A stretch of DNA of 62,122 nt, filler included, from Welwitschia mirabilis (taxonomy: Eukaryota): the NCBI GenBank assembly GCA_051453625.1. It is 6 parts of one record of this genome, joined end to end, with 100 filler letters (N's around TTAATTAATTAA, not from the genome) between each part and the next. Parts side by side here need not be neighbours in the genome. Positions count along the whole stretch, not along the records: positions 1 to 15,320 come from JBOZIK010000001.1; 5 more parts are not named here. One strand, written 5' to 3'. A program made the translations under genes and the position numbers. The notes below the pieces were generated by a model. It worked only from the letters and a program-made list of their open reading frames with translations. It ran no database searches and had not been told where the DNA came from. Of the stretch, positions 1-12,914 are shown in pieces. Position 1 is the first letter of the stretch. Each line of letters opens with the position of its first letter.

Positions 1-310
1 GTCTGCCCAGTTTTGAGTAGGAAAATTTGCATGCAAAAGTTAGCTTCTTAACTCAACTGTGATGAGAGATTGTTATCTTATCACTCGATTCTTATGACTA
101 TTGGCATCATTGAAACCTTTTACTTACACTACTAACATACTAACTAACCAACCTATTGATTAGTAAGTATATTGACAAAGAAAAACATCTATTGTTATTT
201 AAAATGCATAATTAAGATAATGAAAACACTTCATTAATAAGCAAGATGTACATCAAGATTTATCATCATTAGTCTCCCCAAGCTCAAGGTTTTGTTAGTC
301 CCTTTACAAA
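1..310 (-). mobile_element. Polypurine tract and start of the 3' LTR of an Athila-like element; the LTR runs off the window start
   Basis: The minus strand at about 310-270 reads GGGACTAACAAAACCTTGAGCTTGGGGAGAC followed by TAATGA. This resembles the Athila pre-LTR signature (GAGGACAAGCAAA..TAAG.TTGGGGGAG then TGAT). The homologous junction recurs near 41690. Confidence 0.65.
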
Positions 311-344
311 CTAATATATACAAAAGATAAAAATGCAGAATTCA

Positions 345-3000
345 TCATTTTCCTTTTCTCCTTTTGAAAACAAAAGGGTGCTCCTCATTGGATTCTAATT
401 CCTTTATTTTCTTGGATAATTGGGTAGACTATTTTTCCTATTCCAAGCCAACTAAAATTTTTCTTTATTCCTCCTAAACAACAGGATCATTCAAATCTAT
501 GGTCTCTGTTTCCATCTGCTCTGAAGTAGCTACTTTTCTACCCTTACCTCTGCCTCATGGAGGAGCTTTGACTATTTTGACTTCCTCTCTTTCTTTTGGA
601 AGCTGAAGGGACTTTTGCTTAGGGACTTGGAGGTGAATGTTCTGGCTCTAGAGCTACCCCAACTTGTAGTCGCAATCTTGAAGTTTGCCCAAGCGAAACT
701 ATCTACATTTCAGAAGAATCTTTATCCTCTAATTTCAAAAAAATATTAGCAAAAAGTTCCTCTTAGCATAGTCATGTCCTATACAATCCAATCTTTAAAA
801 GAACATAATTGTTGAAAATCCTGAGAGGACATAACAAAAATTTTTACATCAGATTCACACTTTTCTAATATCCTGCAAAATTTGGTTGTAGTGTCATTCA
901 AAAAATTCTTGAGTTCTCTTACATAAGCTTCAGCTCTTTTCTAAATAATCTCAATCCTCAATGTTTTAATATCTCTTTTACAATTGTCAAAAATATGACT
1001 CAGCTTTGACCCTCCTCCAGAAGTTTTCTGAATACTACTTTGCAAATGTTCTTTGAATCTATCAATGAAGTTATATAACTTCTAAGGGTAGTAGTTGAGG
1101 CTACTCAACACAGCTAATTCTTTGTGTTCGAAACCAATTCATTTACCCAACTTCACTTCCATAAGACGAAGCTCATGGAGTAATCTCATATTTTCTTTTT
1201 CCAAATTCTGGATAATAAGTTGGGTAGACATAGGGCTTATTATTCTAATAGCCTTCTTTAATTCAACATGAGATTCTTTTAGAGCATTAATAATACTTAA
1301 CTTTATTCTGTCCTCCATCTCACTAGTTAGAGTTAAAGAAGTTGACGGAGTGCCCTGGATCAAACTTACTACTCTTCTGCTTTCCTCCTTTATTTCTGAT
1401 GATATTTGTTTTATTGAGGAATCATATAGAGGTTGATCAAAAGAGCTTACCTATACCATTCGATTCTTGAGAGCTTTATTTTCTTCCATTATCTGATCTA
1501 TGGCTCTATTATTTGCTTTCAAAAGGGACTGATAGTATCCCAAAAAGTTCTGGGCTTCAATCCATTATGTCTGTATTCTTGGGCCTCTGTATGGATCTTC
1601 ATAAATTTTTCATTCATTCCCTACAGGTCTGCATAGATTTTATTTGAATATTTCCTATTCAGGGGTAGAGGCCCTTCATTGGGCATAAATGTAATGAATT
1701 TTTGCTGGTGTTCCATGTATTCAGCATCATACTTCCTGCTTGAAGCCAAATTCTGCAATAAGGATACTAACATGTCTGACCTTTCCCTTGAAAGATTTTC
1801 TAATTGGTCCCTATCCTCGACAGCCATCTCCAGCTCAATAACGCGTTCATAAGCTCTTCGTAATTTTTTGCTCATATCTTTGAAAGATTTAAGAGCTAAA
1901 TATTTTCTTCCTTGTTGGTGATTTTGCGAGATAACTTTTCATTGTTTTCTTTTTCTTGATCTAAACTTTGTCTTAAGAATTCATCTTCAATTTTAGATCA
2001 CTAACTTGATTCTACAATGCTGAAACTTCCTCCTTTCTGCCTAGATAGGTTTAAATTTCATCTTTAACTGGGTTTCAAGCACTACAGAGGCTATCCATAT
2101 TGTCTTCCTCTAGTGCTTTGGAGAATTGATCAAATTGAAGTAGATGGAAAGGCAAGAGTTCTTCGAATGTGAATTGGGTTTGGTCTTGTGGTATGCTTGG
2201 GGAGGGCAGCAATGAAGGTAGACTTTGACAGGCAGAAGAGGATTCTCCTAGGTCTGGCTGAGCGGTCCTATGTCTTGGAGTTCTTAGGAGACTTAATTCC
2301 TTAACTCCAAGTAGACTTTAAATAGTTACTGTGACACAAGACTTATTTGGTTAGAATGGGACTTTATTTTTACTTAATATTCGGGCTATTAAAGAGGGAA
2401 ATCCTAGCTCTACTATGCCCGAAGCTCCAATTCCAACTTTAATCAATTTTGTAATGTGCCTTGCTAGTCCCAAAAAGATTTCTTTTGCAATATTTACATT
2501 AGTATGATTTGTCTTGTCCTTCATTGCTACTGTCATATATAAGTCGGGTAATGTGATACCTTTAGGTACTGAATTACTGGTCATGATTCTTGGAATAATA
2601 AAAAATTTTGGTTTTATGTCTTTATTCACTAGTATTCTTCTCTGTACTACCACCCTTCCCAGTAAACTTATGTTGAGATTTGTGTCTTTCTTTCTCCTAG
2701 TATCATCAATGGATTTTTCACTGGGTGGTAGATGTAACATTTCTCTGATATCTTCTTGGGTAATTACTATTCTCCTATTTTCCACAGTTGTTTCTAAGAC
2801 ATTTTTAGCATCATTTATTCTTAAATTCTTGTAAAGTTCATATACGGATTCTAAGAAAAATTAGTCGCTTAGAGTGAGCCATTCATACCACTCTAACTCG
2901 ACAATCCTCTATTTGAATTTTGTCAAGTAGGTGTTCAAAAGAACTTGTGCAAAATTCAATGAAGAAATGACCCTGTATTTTGTCAAAGTTTTGCCAGTGT
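345..3000 (-). pseudogene. Decayed long env-like (extra 3') ORF of an Athila-like retrotransposon
   Basis: ORF pieces 2351-2785, 1621-1875 and 1139-1363 share one strand. Upstream sequence translates EWYEWLTLSD*FFLESVYELYKNL, then ITQEDIREMLHLP...NIAKEIF...LGFPSLIARIL, motifs typical of Athila/SIRE env-like proteins. Coiled-coil-like segments follow, and the ORF ends just before the PPT. It contains stops and frameshifts. Confidence 0.65.
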
Positions 3001-3726
3001 TAAATTAGGTATGGAGACTATGTATAGAAGAGGAATTTTTGTAATAAACAATCTTTGGAAAATAGCTTACTAAGTAAAACTTTTCTTTCTAGAGACATAA
3101 AATGTCATTTTTACAGATTTAAAAGTATTGCATTCATTGAATTCATTCAAATCTCCATTCATGTGAAATTCAACATGCTCCAGAATGCTTAAATTAAAGT
3201 ATTAATAAGCCTAAGATTTATGCTCAAAGAAATTCTGCTATTGCTCAAAAGCTTAAATACAAGAAAGCAGTTAAGCACGACAAGGTAAAATGCAAGGTTA
3301 AAACTAGAAATTACTGACCTATTTCTCGCTTAAATAGGTACAAACTCGTACTTACTATTGTATTCAATTCACATGTACGAGGAGTAAATGAGAAATTTCA
3401 CTAGAAACAAAATAGATGCAACTGGAATTTTTTGTACTTTGCTGGTGCTAGAAAAATTTGATTTACATGTTGCTAAGGTGTAAATCAGAATAATCTGCTA
3501 AGTTGGAACTGGTATCGTAAATGCTGAGGTGGTTGAGATGATGTGATCGTCAAGAATAAAGAGGGGTCATCGAGAATGAGTTTAAGTGGAATGCTAAAGG
3601 AATGAAAAGGCACATTTAAATGGTGGTCACTCTTCACAAGACTAGGTTTAATGAGGATCGTCGAGAACTCTGACAAGGGCTGTTGAATCCATTGTGGAGC
3701 TAGTCGAAAGAGTTCGAAGGTGGTCA

Positions 3727-3768
3727 TGTATGTATGTGTGCAAGTGTGTGTGTGTGTGTGTATGTGTA
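3727..3768. repeat. Imperfect (TG)n microsatellite
   Basis: TGTATGTATGTGTGCAAGTGTGTGTGTGTGTGTGTATGTGTA is read directly. Confidence 0.85.
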
Positions 3769-4181
3769 CACACCTTTAAGGGTCATCACAACTTAGTGAA
3801 ATGTTAGACTATCTCAACCTATTGTTGGGTTCAAAGTATTTTGTACCTTAACATCATTGATAGTTTCACAAGTTTGGCATGCGTTACTACCCAATACCAA
3901 GGTGTTCCTTTAGTACACTCTCCTCTTACCAAAATAAGCTCACCAATTTGATAATACACATATAGTGCATATCTATAAAATGATTACAAAACAATTATAC
4001 TAACTATAATTAACACACTTATCAATAACATGATTAGTAAGATGACATTATCACCTCTATGTGGCAAGAGCACATCTAGTGTCTCCTACACATCCAAAGG
4101 TATTTACCAAATTCCATTTCCCATTGTATCACGTTCATCACCAATGTTTAACTTAAAGGCAGATCCCACATTAAAAGACTA

Positions 4182-4212
<31 letters not shown>
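4182..4212. repeat. (TG)n(TA)n compound microsatellite
   Basis: GTGTGTGTG followed by a TA run is read directly. Confidence 0.9.
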
Positions 4213-4705
4213 AATCAAAAGCTATTAATTGTAATTATCATTCTTTTGGTTTAATATCTTAAACTATTGTATTACATATAATTGTATTTCAATATGTATA
4301 TCATATAGCATTAATAATGCCTATTTTTTTGAACATAAGTATAATATGATAAACATATCATACATAACCTAATTTGTATAATACATCATACATTTAAATT
4401 TTAAAAATAAAACATGTTTAGGCATGAAAACGAGAACACTGTGGTAGTTTAACTAGTGGGTACTCATTGTTCATTTAGGAGGTCATGAATTAGAACCTTT
4501 GAATGTTGTGTTTGGTACACTGTGAGGCTTTAAGCATAATTAAAATTATTTAATTGAGTGGTCATAGTAGTTGTACTTTAAGGGGAAGCTACAATTACTA
4601 AAATGTTGACTTTGACATCCCTGTTGCCCTCCAATACATTTGAAGGTAATAATTAAACATGTCTACACTTTATAATATATATGTAATATTATGCATATGA
4701 GACAA

Positions 4706-5029
4706 TGACTTAGATTATGTGGCCAATAAATTTCTGGATCAACTAGAGCATAAGAAGCCCAAGAATAAGGCCCGAGATTGATGCAAGAGAATTAGAATTC
4801 TTGATAATTAAGTAGTTTCCTTTTTCTTAGGGTGTTGACATTGGATAATAATTAGTATTAATGTCTTTACTTATTTAGCAAGTACTTTAGCTTGTCTAGC
4901 AAGTCTTTAGGCCTATAAATATGCAGATGTCGTATGACTTTTCATGATCAATAAAATTACTATTAGTTGTTTCTTCTAAGTTCTCTAAGTTTCGTTATAG
5001 AAACTTTGCAATGCTTATACGCTGCGTCA
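4706..5029 (+). repeat. 5' LTR of the CRM element (324 bp)
   Basis: It starts TGACTTAGATTATGTGGCC, ends GCTGCGTCA, contains TATAAAT at about 4914, and is a direct repeat of 10890-11182. Confidence 0.93.
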
Positions 5030-5032
5030 GTT

Positions 5033-5044
5033 TGGTACCAAAGC
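5033..5044 (+). promoter_or_regulatory. Primer-binding site, tRNA-iMet type (degenerate)
   Basis: TGGTACCAAAGC compared with canonical TGGTATCAGAGC, 3 bp after the LTR end. Confidence 0.85.
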
Positions 5045-5129
5045 GGGTGGGCCAACGATGTTAAGAGTCCAATTGTAGGTAATAGTCCTCAAGGCGTTGA
5101 TCAGAGGGCTAAGGACCCAGACCATGGGA

Positions 5130-8100
5130 CGACAGTCATAGCCTTAGAGCAGTGAGTTGATCGGATTGATATCAGACTCTAGCGATTGGAGAGGCGTTTT
5201 GAAGAGTTCCTTGAGGAGGTCATAGATGGGCTAGATGCTCTGGGTGTAGGTGCCAACAGGAATAGAGATGGTGACAGGAGACGACTCAAGGACATAGTAG
5301 CTCACAAGCAACCTCTCATCAGTCCTATTCTTGGCAGATTTGAACGTGAGTCCTATTCTTGGCAAATTTAAACGTGAACAACAGGAATACGTGGAGGATT
5401 GCGATGACGAGAAGGATTATCTTGATGAACCCCTTGCGAGAAATATGGAATTCAGGTGAGATGATCATGGAGACAAGAAGCCAAGTGATTTTAAACTAAG
5501 GGTAGATATTCCTCATTTCAATGGAAATTTAAATATTAAGGAATTTCTAGATTGGGTTGTCGACATGGATAGGTTCTTTGAATATATGGAGATTCCAGAG
5601 GAGAAAAGGGTGAGATTGGTAGCTTGCAGATNNNNNNNNNNNNNNNNNNNNNNNNNNNNNNNNNNNNNNNNNNNNNNNNNNNNNNNNNNNNNNNNNNNNN
5701 NNNNNNNNNNNNNNNNNNNNNNNNNNNNNNNNNNNNNNNNNNNNNNNNNNNNNNNNNNNNNNNNNNNNNNNNNNNNNNNNNNNNNNNNNNNNNNNNNNNN
5801 NNNNNNNNNNNNNNNNNNNNNNNNNNNNNNNNNNNNNNNNNNNNNNNNNNNNNNNNNNNNNNNNNNNNNNNNNNNNNNNNNNNNNNNNNNNNNNNNNNNN
5901 NNNNNNNNNNNNNNNNNNNNNNNNNNNNNNNNNNNNNNNNNNNNNNNNNNNNNNNNNNNNNNNNNNNNNNNNNNNNNNNNNNNNNNNNNNNNNNNNNNNN
6001 NNNNNNNNNNNNNNNNNNNNNNNNNNNNNNNNNNNNNNNNNNNNNNNNAGGGTAGATATTCCTCATTTCAATGGAAATTTAAACATTAAGGAACTTCTAG
6101 ATTGGGTTGTCGAGATGGATAGGTTCTTTAAATATATGGAGATTCCAGAGGAGAAAAGGGTGAGATTGGTAGCTTGCAGATTAAAAGGAGGAGCATCAGC
6201 ATGGTGGGAACGATTGCAAACCAGGAGAACTCGAGAAGGGAAGGCACCAGTCAGGACTTGGTACAAGATGAAACAATTATTGATGTGAGATTTCCTTCCT
6301 CCTAACTATGAGCAGATTCTATCCCAGGAGTATCAGAGGTATCATCAAGGGCAGGGATCTGTCCATGACTATGCTACTGAATTTATAAGATTGGCAGAGA
6401 GGAATCATCTTAAAGAAAGTAAAGGATAATAGGTGGCCTCATATCTAGAGGGGTTGAAGCTGATGATTAGAGACAGAATTGGGGTCCAAGTGGTGAGGAC
6501 TTTATCAAAGGCACGTAACCTAGCCCTAAAGGATGAGTTAATGCTGCAAGAGAAGAACAGATCAAACTATTCTCATAGGACTTACAACGGGGATAATTAT
6601 AAGATGATAGTTAATAAGGGGAAGGCTGTGCAAGAAACTTCTACATGCGGTGAAAAGCCAAGAGATGATAAAGCAGCTAGAAAACAGAAGGTAACTGAGG
6701 TGAAGGATGCTCAAAAGGCTGCGAACCCTTATGCTATACCAACACTTTGGAAGTGCTTCAAATGTAACCAACCTGGTCATTAGTCTAGTGACTGTCCTCT
6801 TAGAAAAGTAGTCAATATGGTTGAATGAGAGGAAGAGGAGAATAATTTGATTTGTGGTCTAGATGTACAGATTAAAGACTATGATGAAGAGGAGGAAGAC
6901 GAGGTGCGAAATTATGTGGTGAGAAAGATGATGCTGACACCAAAACAACAGGATGACACCCAGCGACATCAGTTGTTCAAAACCTGATGCACTATTGCTA
7001 GCTGTCTGTTTGATGTCATTATTGACAGCGGTAGTTGTGAGAATATCATTGGCAAGGGAGCTGTGGAGAGCTTAGGGCTGGAAGTGGAGAAACATCCCAA
7101 TCCTTATGCAATTAGCTGGATCATGACAGGCAGCAAAATTAATGTGACTAAGCGCTGTAAGGTATCTTTTTNNNNNNNNNNNNNNNNNNNNNNNNNNNNN
7201 NNNNNNNNNNNNNNNNNNNNNNNNNNNNNNNNNNNNNNNNNNNNNNNNNNNNNNNNNNNNNNNNNNNNNNNNNNNNNNNNNNNNNNNNNNNNNNNNNNNN
7301 NNNNNNNNNNNNNNNNNNNNNNNNNNNNNNNNNNNNNNNNNNNNNNNNNNNNNNNNNNNNNNNNNNNNNNNNNNNNNNNNNNNNNNNNNNNNNNNNNNNN
7401 NNNNNNNNNNNNNNNNNNNNNNNNNNNNNNNNNNNNNNNNNNNNNNNNNNNNNNNNNNNNNNNNNNNNNNNNNNNNNNNNNNNNNNNNNNNNNNNNNNNN
7501 NNNNNNNNNNNNNNNNNNNNNNNNNNNNNNNNNNNNNNNNNNNNNNNNNNNNNNNNNNNNNNNNNNNNNNNNNNNNNNNNNNNNNNNNNNNNNNNNNNNN
7601 NNNNNNNNNNNNNNNNNNNNNNNNNNNNNNNNNNNNNNNNNNNNNNNNNNNNNNNNNNNNNNNNNNNNNNNNNNNNNNNNNNNNNNNNNNNNNNNNNNNN
7701 NNNNNNNNNNNNNNNNNNNNNNNNNNNNNNNNNNNNNNNNNNNNNNNNNNNNNNNNNNNNNNNNNNNNNNNNNNNNNNNNNNNNNNNNNNNNNNNNNNNN
7801 NNNNNNNNNNNNNNNNNNNNNNNNNNNNNNNNNNNNNNNNNNNNNNNNNNNNNNNNNNNNNNNNNNNNNNNNNNNNNNNNNNNNNNNNNNNNNNNNNNNN
7901 NNNNNNNNNNNNNNNNNNNNNNNNNNNNNNNNNNNNNNNNNNNNNNNNNNNNNNNNNNNNNNNNNNNNNNNNNNNNNNNNNNNNNNNNNNNNNNNNNNNN
8001 NNNNNNNNNNNNNNNNNNNNNNNNNNNNNNNNNNNNNNNNNNNNNNNNNNAGTATACTTTGGTGCCAAAGAAAGGAAGTTCCAAAACCAAAGCTTCTAAA

Positions 8101-10964
8101 GTGGAGTGGTGTACTTTCTTTACTCTTACTTACTTAGAGCCTGAAAATGAAGGCTGCTATTAAGGAGTTAAGGAGGTTCATGCCTTAATTGTGAAACATG
8201 TGTTGACGATGGAGAAGGAGGCAAAATCAGTAGACTATCCAACACTAGTAAAATAGTTACTAGAGGAGTATAGTGATGTGGTACCAGAAGAGCTACTAGG
8301 TAGATTACCACCCATGAGAGACATTCAGCACTACATTGATCTGATTCTCGATGCCAGTCTTCCAAATATGCCACATTACAGAATGAGCCCGAAGGAGAAT
8401 GAAATTCTCCGAGAACAAGTGGAAGACTTACTGCGCAAGGGGCACATACAGGAGAGTATGGGTCCATGCGCAGTCCCAGCTTTGTTAACTCCCAAGAAAG
8501 ATAGGAGCTAGCATATGTGTGTTGACAGCAGGGCGATCAACAAGATTACTGTGGGATACAAATTCCCAATACCTCGTCAAGATGATATGCTTAATGTGTT
8601 GCATGGTGTAAAGTTATTTTCTAAGATTAGCCTTCGGAGTGGTTACCATCAGATTCGCATTAGACCAGGGGATGAGTGGAAGATGGCCTTTAAGACAAAA
8701 GATGGCCTTTATGAGTGGCTAGTGATTCGGACTGACTAATGCTCCCAACACCTTCATGAGATTGATGAATCAAGTATTGAGGCCTTTCATTGGTAAGTTT
8801 GTAGTTGTGTATTTTGATGATATACTAATCTATAGTCGAATTGAAGAGGAGCATGTCTTACACCTACGTAAACTGTTAGTAGTGTTGCAGGAAAATAAAC
8901 TTTATGCTAACCTAAAGAAATGCAGTTTTATGACCTATAGGCTGCTATTCCTAGGGTATGTAGTTAGTGCAGATGACATTTAAGTGGATGAGGAGAAGAT
9001 TCAAGCTATCAGAGAATGGCCCACGCCCAAAACAGTAACTGAAGTCCAGAGTTTCCATGGACTGGCTACATTCTATAGGTGTTTTATTAAGAATTTCGGC
9101 AGCACTACAGCCCCTATCACAAAGTGCCTGAAGAAGGGAAATTTTCAATGGACCGAACAAGTAGAGGCCAGTTTTACCTTGTTGAAAGAAAAATTATATA
9201 CTACTCCTGTCTTAACACTACCAGATTCTGAGGCCTTATTTAAGGTCGAATGTGATGCTAGCAACATTGGAATTGGGGCTATTTTGTCCCAAAAGAAAAG
9301 GCCAGTGGTGTACTTTAGTGAGAAGCTTAATAATTCTAGACGCAAGTGTTCTACATATGATAAGGAGTTCTATGTTGTTGTGCATGCTTTGAAGAATTGG
9401 GAGCACTACCTCATGCAAAGAATTTGTCTTGTACTTAGACCATGATGCTCTAAACTATTTGAAAACTTAGAAGAAAATTGATAAAGGCATGCATGCTACG
9501 TGGTCCCAGTTTTTAGAGAAATTCACCTTTTATTTAAAGCACAAATCTGGTGTGCAGAATAAAGCTGCTGAAGCTTTGAGTAAGCAAGTTGAGTTATTAG
9601 TGACCATCAGCCAGGAAGTTGTTGGGTTTGAAACTGTGAAAGAATTGTATGAAACAGATGAGGATTTCAAAGATAGATGGGAGAAATGTGTCAGAAAGCA
9701 GTCTATCGATGATTTCCATGTTCATGAGGGGTTTCTGATGAAAGGAAATCAACTTTGTATCCCAAACACTTCTTTGAGAGAGAAGCTTATCAGAGATTTG
9801 CATGGTGGAGGTCATGTAGGCCACTTAGGCCGTGACAAGACATTAGTAGCTGTGGGGAAGAGATATTATTGGCCTCAAATGTAGAAAGATGTGACAAGGA
9901 TTGTGCAAAGTTGTTACATATGCCAAACAACTAAAGGACAATCTTAGAATATAGGGTTGTACATGTCATTGCCAATCCCAGAAAATATATGGGAGGATTT
10001 ATCTATGGACTTTGTCGTTGGCCTACCCAGAACACAAAGAGGTATGAATTCTATTTTTGTGGTGGTTGACAGGTTTTCCAAGATGGCACATTTCATTCCT
10101 TGCAGAAAAACCTCAGACGTTAGTGGCATAGCAAAGATGTTTTTCAGGGAGGTGGTTCGTTTGCAAGGAGTGCCTAAGTCCATTACTTCAGAGACAAACA
10201 AATTTCAGGCCCACTTTTGGAAGACCCTTTGGAAGATGTTTGACTCTTCTCTAAATTTCAGCACCACGGCCCACCCATAGACAGATGAGAAAACTAAGGC
10301 AGTCAACAAAACACTAGTAAATTTAATTCGTAGCATTTGTGGAGACCATCCAAAGTAGTGGGAGCATGCATTGGCGCAAGTAGAATTTGCATACAACAAT
10401 GCTATACATAGTGCTCCAGGGAGATTACCTTTCTCTATTGTGTATATGAAGCCACCATAGCATGCTGTTGATACCATCAAATTGGCCAAGACCCTGGATT
10501 TAGCACAGCTGCGAAAAATATGGCTGATCAATGGCAGAAAATTCAAGCTGAAGTGAGACAGAAGTTAGAGCAAGCTATGTTAAGTATAAGGCAGCTGCAG
10601 ATCAGACATAGGGAACAAACTTTCTAGGTTGGAGATCAGGTATTGGTGTTTCTGCGTAAAGGCAAACTCCTAGCAGGGACCTATTACAAGCTGTAACCTA
10701 AGAAATATGGGCCGTATCAAATTTTGCAGAAAATCAATGATAATGCTTATGTTGTGGGTTTACCAGAATCTTTGGAATATCCAAAACATTTAATGTGGCA
10801 GATATCTACTCTTATTATCCTTCTGATGAAGCTTTATACCTTGATGATTCTGTCAACTCGAGGTCGAGTTTTTCTCAAGTGGAGGGGACTGACGTGGATT
10901 ATGTGGCCAATAAATTTCTGGATCAACTAGAGCGTCAGAAGCCAAAGAACAAGGCTACGAATTG
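5130..10964 (+). pseudogene. gag-pol polyprotein pseudogene of the CRM element
   Basis: Gag reads DIPHFNG..LKGGASAWW. The zinc knuckle is CFKCNQPGH*SSDC (about 6755-6795). The protease motif IIDSGSCEN is at about 7020. RT motifs are [22 protein letters not shown] and VYFDDIL (about 8810). RNase H reads [13 protein letters not shown]. Integrase reads [21 protein letters not shown] and [12 protein letters not shown]. Many in-frame stops, frameshifts and two N gaps interrupt it. Confidence 0.93.
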
Positions 10965-11182
10965 ATGCAAGAGAATTAGAATTCTTCATACTTAAGTATT
11001 TTCCTTTTTCTTAATGTCTTTACTTATTTAGCAAGTATTTTAGCTTGTCTAACAAGTCTTTCGGCCTATAAGTATGTAGATGCCATATGACTTTTCATGA
11101 TCAATAAAATTACTATCAATTGTTTCTTCTAAGTTCTCTAAGTTTTGGTATAGAAACTTTGCAACACTTATACACTATGTTA
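10890..11182 (+). repeat. 3' LTR of the CRM element (293 bp)
   Basis: It starts TGACGTGGATTATGTGGCC after the PPT, ends TATGTTA, and is followed by the TSD GACAA. Confidence 0.93.
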
Positions 11183-12809
11183 GACAACAACGTAATAATA
11201 TAATACATATGTTTTGTATGTAGAATAATAATATAATATTAATAGATCAAAACATAACAATAAACAATTGGACTACACCTCTATAACTTATTATATGTTC
11301 ACGATATTAGTGTTGGCTACTAATTGAATAGGTTTATATTGTGTATGAGAACCCTTACTATATTTCTTCACTCATATATCTATAATAAACCCATATTGAA
11401 TTAAGTGACCCATCATAATGCTTATATCATATCTAAACCGTTGGCAGCAAATGTGAAGTATAACCAACCTATGAGGCTATGAAATTCAACCTTGATCTAT
11501 TACCTCAGCTTCATCCCTTTGTATTTTATCATCTTTACTCCACATTTATATTGTATTTCCCAATCTATTCTCCTCCTTTGCTTCCTTCCATTCCTCCCTT
11601 GTATTATCTTCCTTATTATAACCTTTTTATCATCCTAATTCTAAACGTCATATTGAAGTCTTCACCTTTATGCCATACTATTTATATATTCCCTACCCTT
11701 TTATTTTTCTATATTTGTCATACACAATGTACATTTAATTGTCACATTATTCGTTACTTGTAAACAATAGATAACTCACACATTAAAATCAAATTATTCT
11801 TAACAACACATTAACTCTCATACTCTAGCTCCTTAGTGGTTGCGCTTCTGATTGTGTGCATGTTACATCAATCTTGGATTTGTTTTATGTGGGTTGTTGT
11901 TGCCATTTCGTTCTTGGTGTGTGATCGTGACAACCAAAATAGAAGATGCAAATATAGCTCATTTCCCTAGGAAATAGACACAACCATTCAACCAAAAACG
12001 AAGTTATTTAAGTAACCATGTTCTCGTTTATTCACCTATATTATTTGTCTATCTCAGCTTTATGAAATTCTTTGTAATTATGTATTGGAGATATAAAATA
12101 TAGTTAGTTCATTATCTTAGATCGTGAGAATTTGTTATTTAAATTGGATGCTACATTTCTGGTTTACTCACAGTACAAGTCTAAGAATTTTTCAAGTAAA
12201 TGTATATGTTTCAAGTTTAGAAACACTACATTTTTTAATTTTCTTTTTTTAAATTTTAGGGAAAGTAAAACATCAGAATTCTAAGCTTTACATTTTAAGA
12301 GCTACGTAGAGATTAATAAAGGAAACATAAGCATTGGAGTATTTAGGCTGTAAAAGTTTCAGAATGATTAATTAAAAGAAGGCACCAAGAACTTCCTATA
12401 ATCAAAATCTTAAAAGTTCTTATACGGTTAAAAAAAGGTGACAAAAATGAGAGATTCATAAAAGTTTTACAAAGGGTTAACTACAGGAAGCATAAGAACT
12501 CTGCCAATAGGTTTCATAAGAAAATCAGATATCACAAAGAAACCTGCTATTCAGATTTTGACTTTTTTTGGGGGAAAACAGTTACACAGAACACATAAAT
12601 GAAACATCAAACGGCTTCACAATGTAATCAAATTGAAATGGAGAGTTTAATTTTTAATGCTTTTACTGTTTTCTCTTATCAAGAAATTCAAAGGTCATTA
12701 TAAGAGAATTGTTTAGCCCATCTTAATTAATGACAAGCACCCACACATAGCACCTTCGCCAATCCAAAAGCCTAAAGATTCATAAGCTACTGGAGTAAGT
12801 AACCTTAGT

Positions 12810-12914
12810 ACATTTACCTAAATTATAAAAGACTTCTCAGACGAGTCAACATTTACCTAAATTATAAAAGACTTCTCAGACGAGTCAATTATAAAAGACT
12901 TCTCAGACGAGTCA
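12810..12914. repeat. Perfect tandem repeat: two 39-bp units plus a 27-bp partial unit
   Basis: ACATTTACCTAAATTATAAAAGACTTCTCAGACGAGTCA occurs at 12810-12848 and 12849-12887, with a partial copy at 12888-12914. Confidence 0.92.

Larger units (their letters stand above)
4706..11182 (+). mobile_element. Full-length decayed Ty3/gypsy chromovirus of the CRM (centromeric retrotransposon) clade
   Basis: LTRs lie at 4706-5029 and 10890-11182. The 5-bp TSD GACAA is at 4701-4705 and 11183-11187. The PBS TGGTACCAAAGC is at 5033-5044 and the PPT AAGTGGAGGGGAC precedes 10890. Domain order is gag-PR-RT-RH-INT, and the integrase tail [13 protein letters not shown] is of CRM type. Confidence 0.93.

Noticed and set aside
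5499-6181. Apparent tandem duplication of about 130 bp of CRM gag around an N gap
   Set aside because: Near-identical sequence on both gap flanks is typical of unmerged allelic contig overlap. The same pattern occurs at 20580/20829, 24190/24581, 25980/26246, 29751/29931, 32823/32985, 39634/39941 and 57961/58122.
5536-8163. Long ORFs in the track made mostly of X
   Set aside because: They are N runs translated without stops, not genes. The same applies to the other X-rich ORFs.
11479-11763. Hydrophobic ORF as a membrane protein (likewise 35294-35541 and 51175-51402)
   Set aside because: These arise from T-rich low-complexity strands and show no family motif.
12810-12914. Repeat array resembling CRISPR
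   Set aside because: The units are contiguous with no spacers, the context is eukaryotic, and no cas genes are present.
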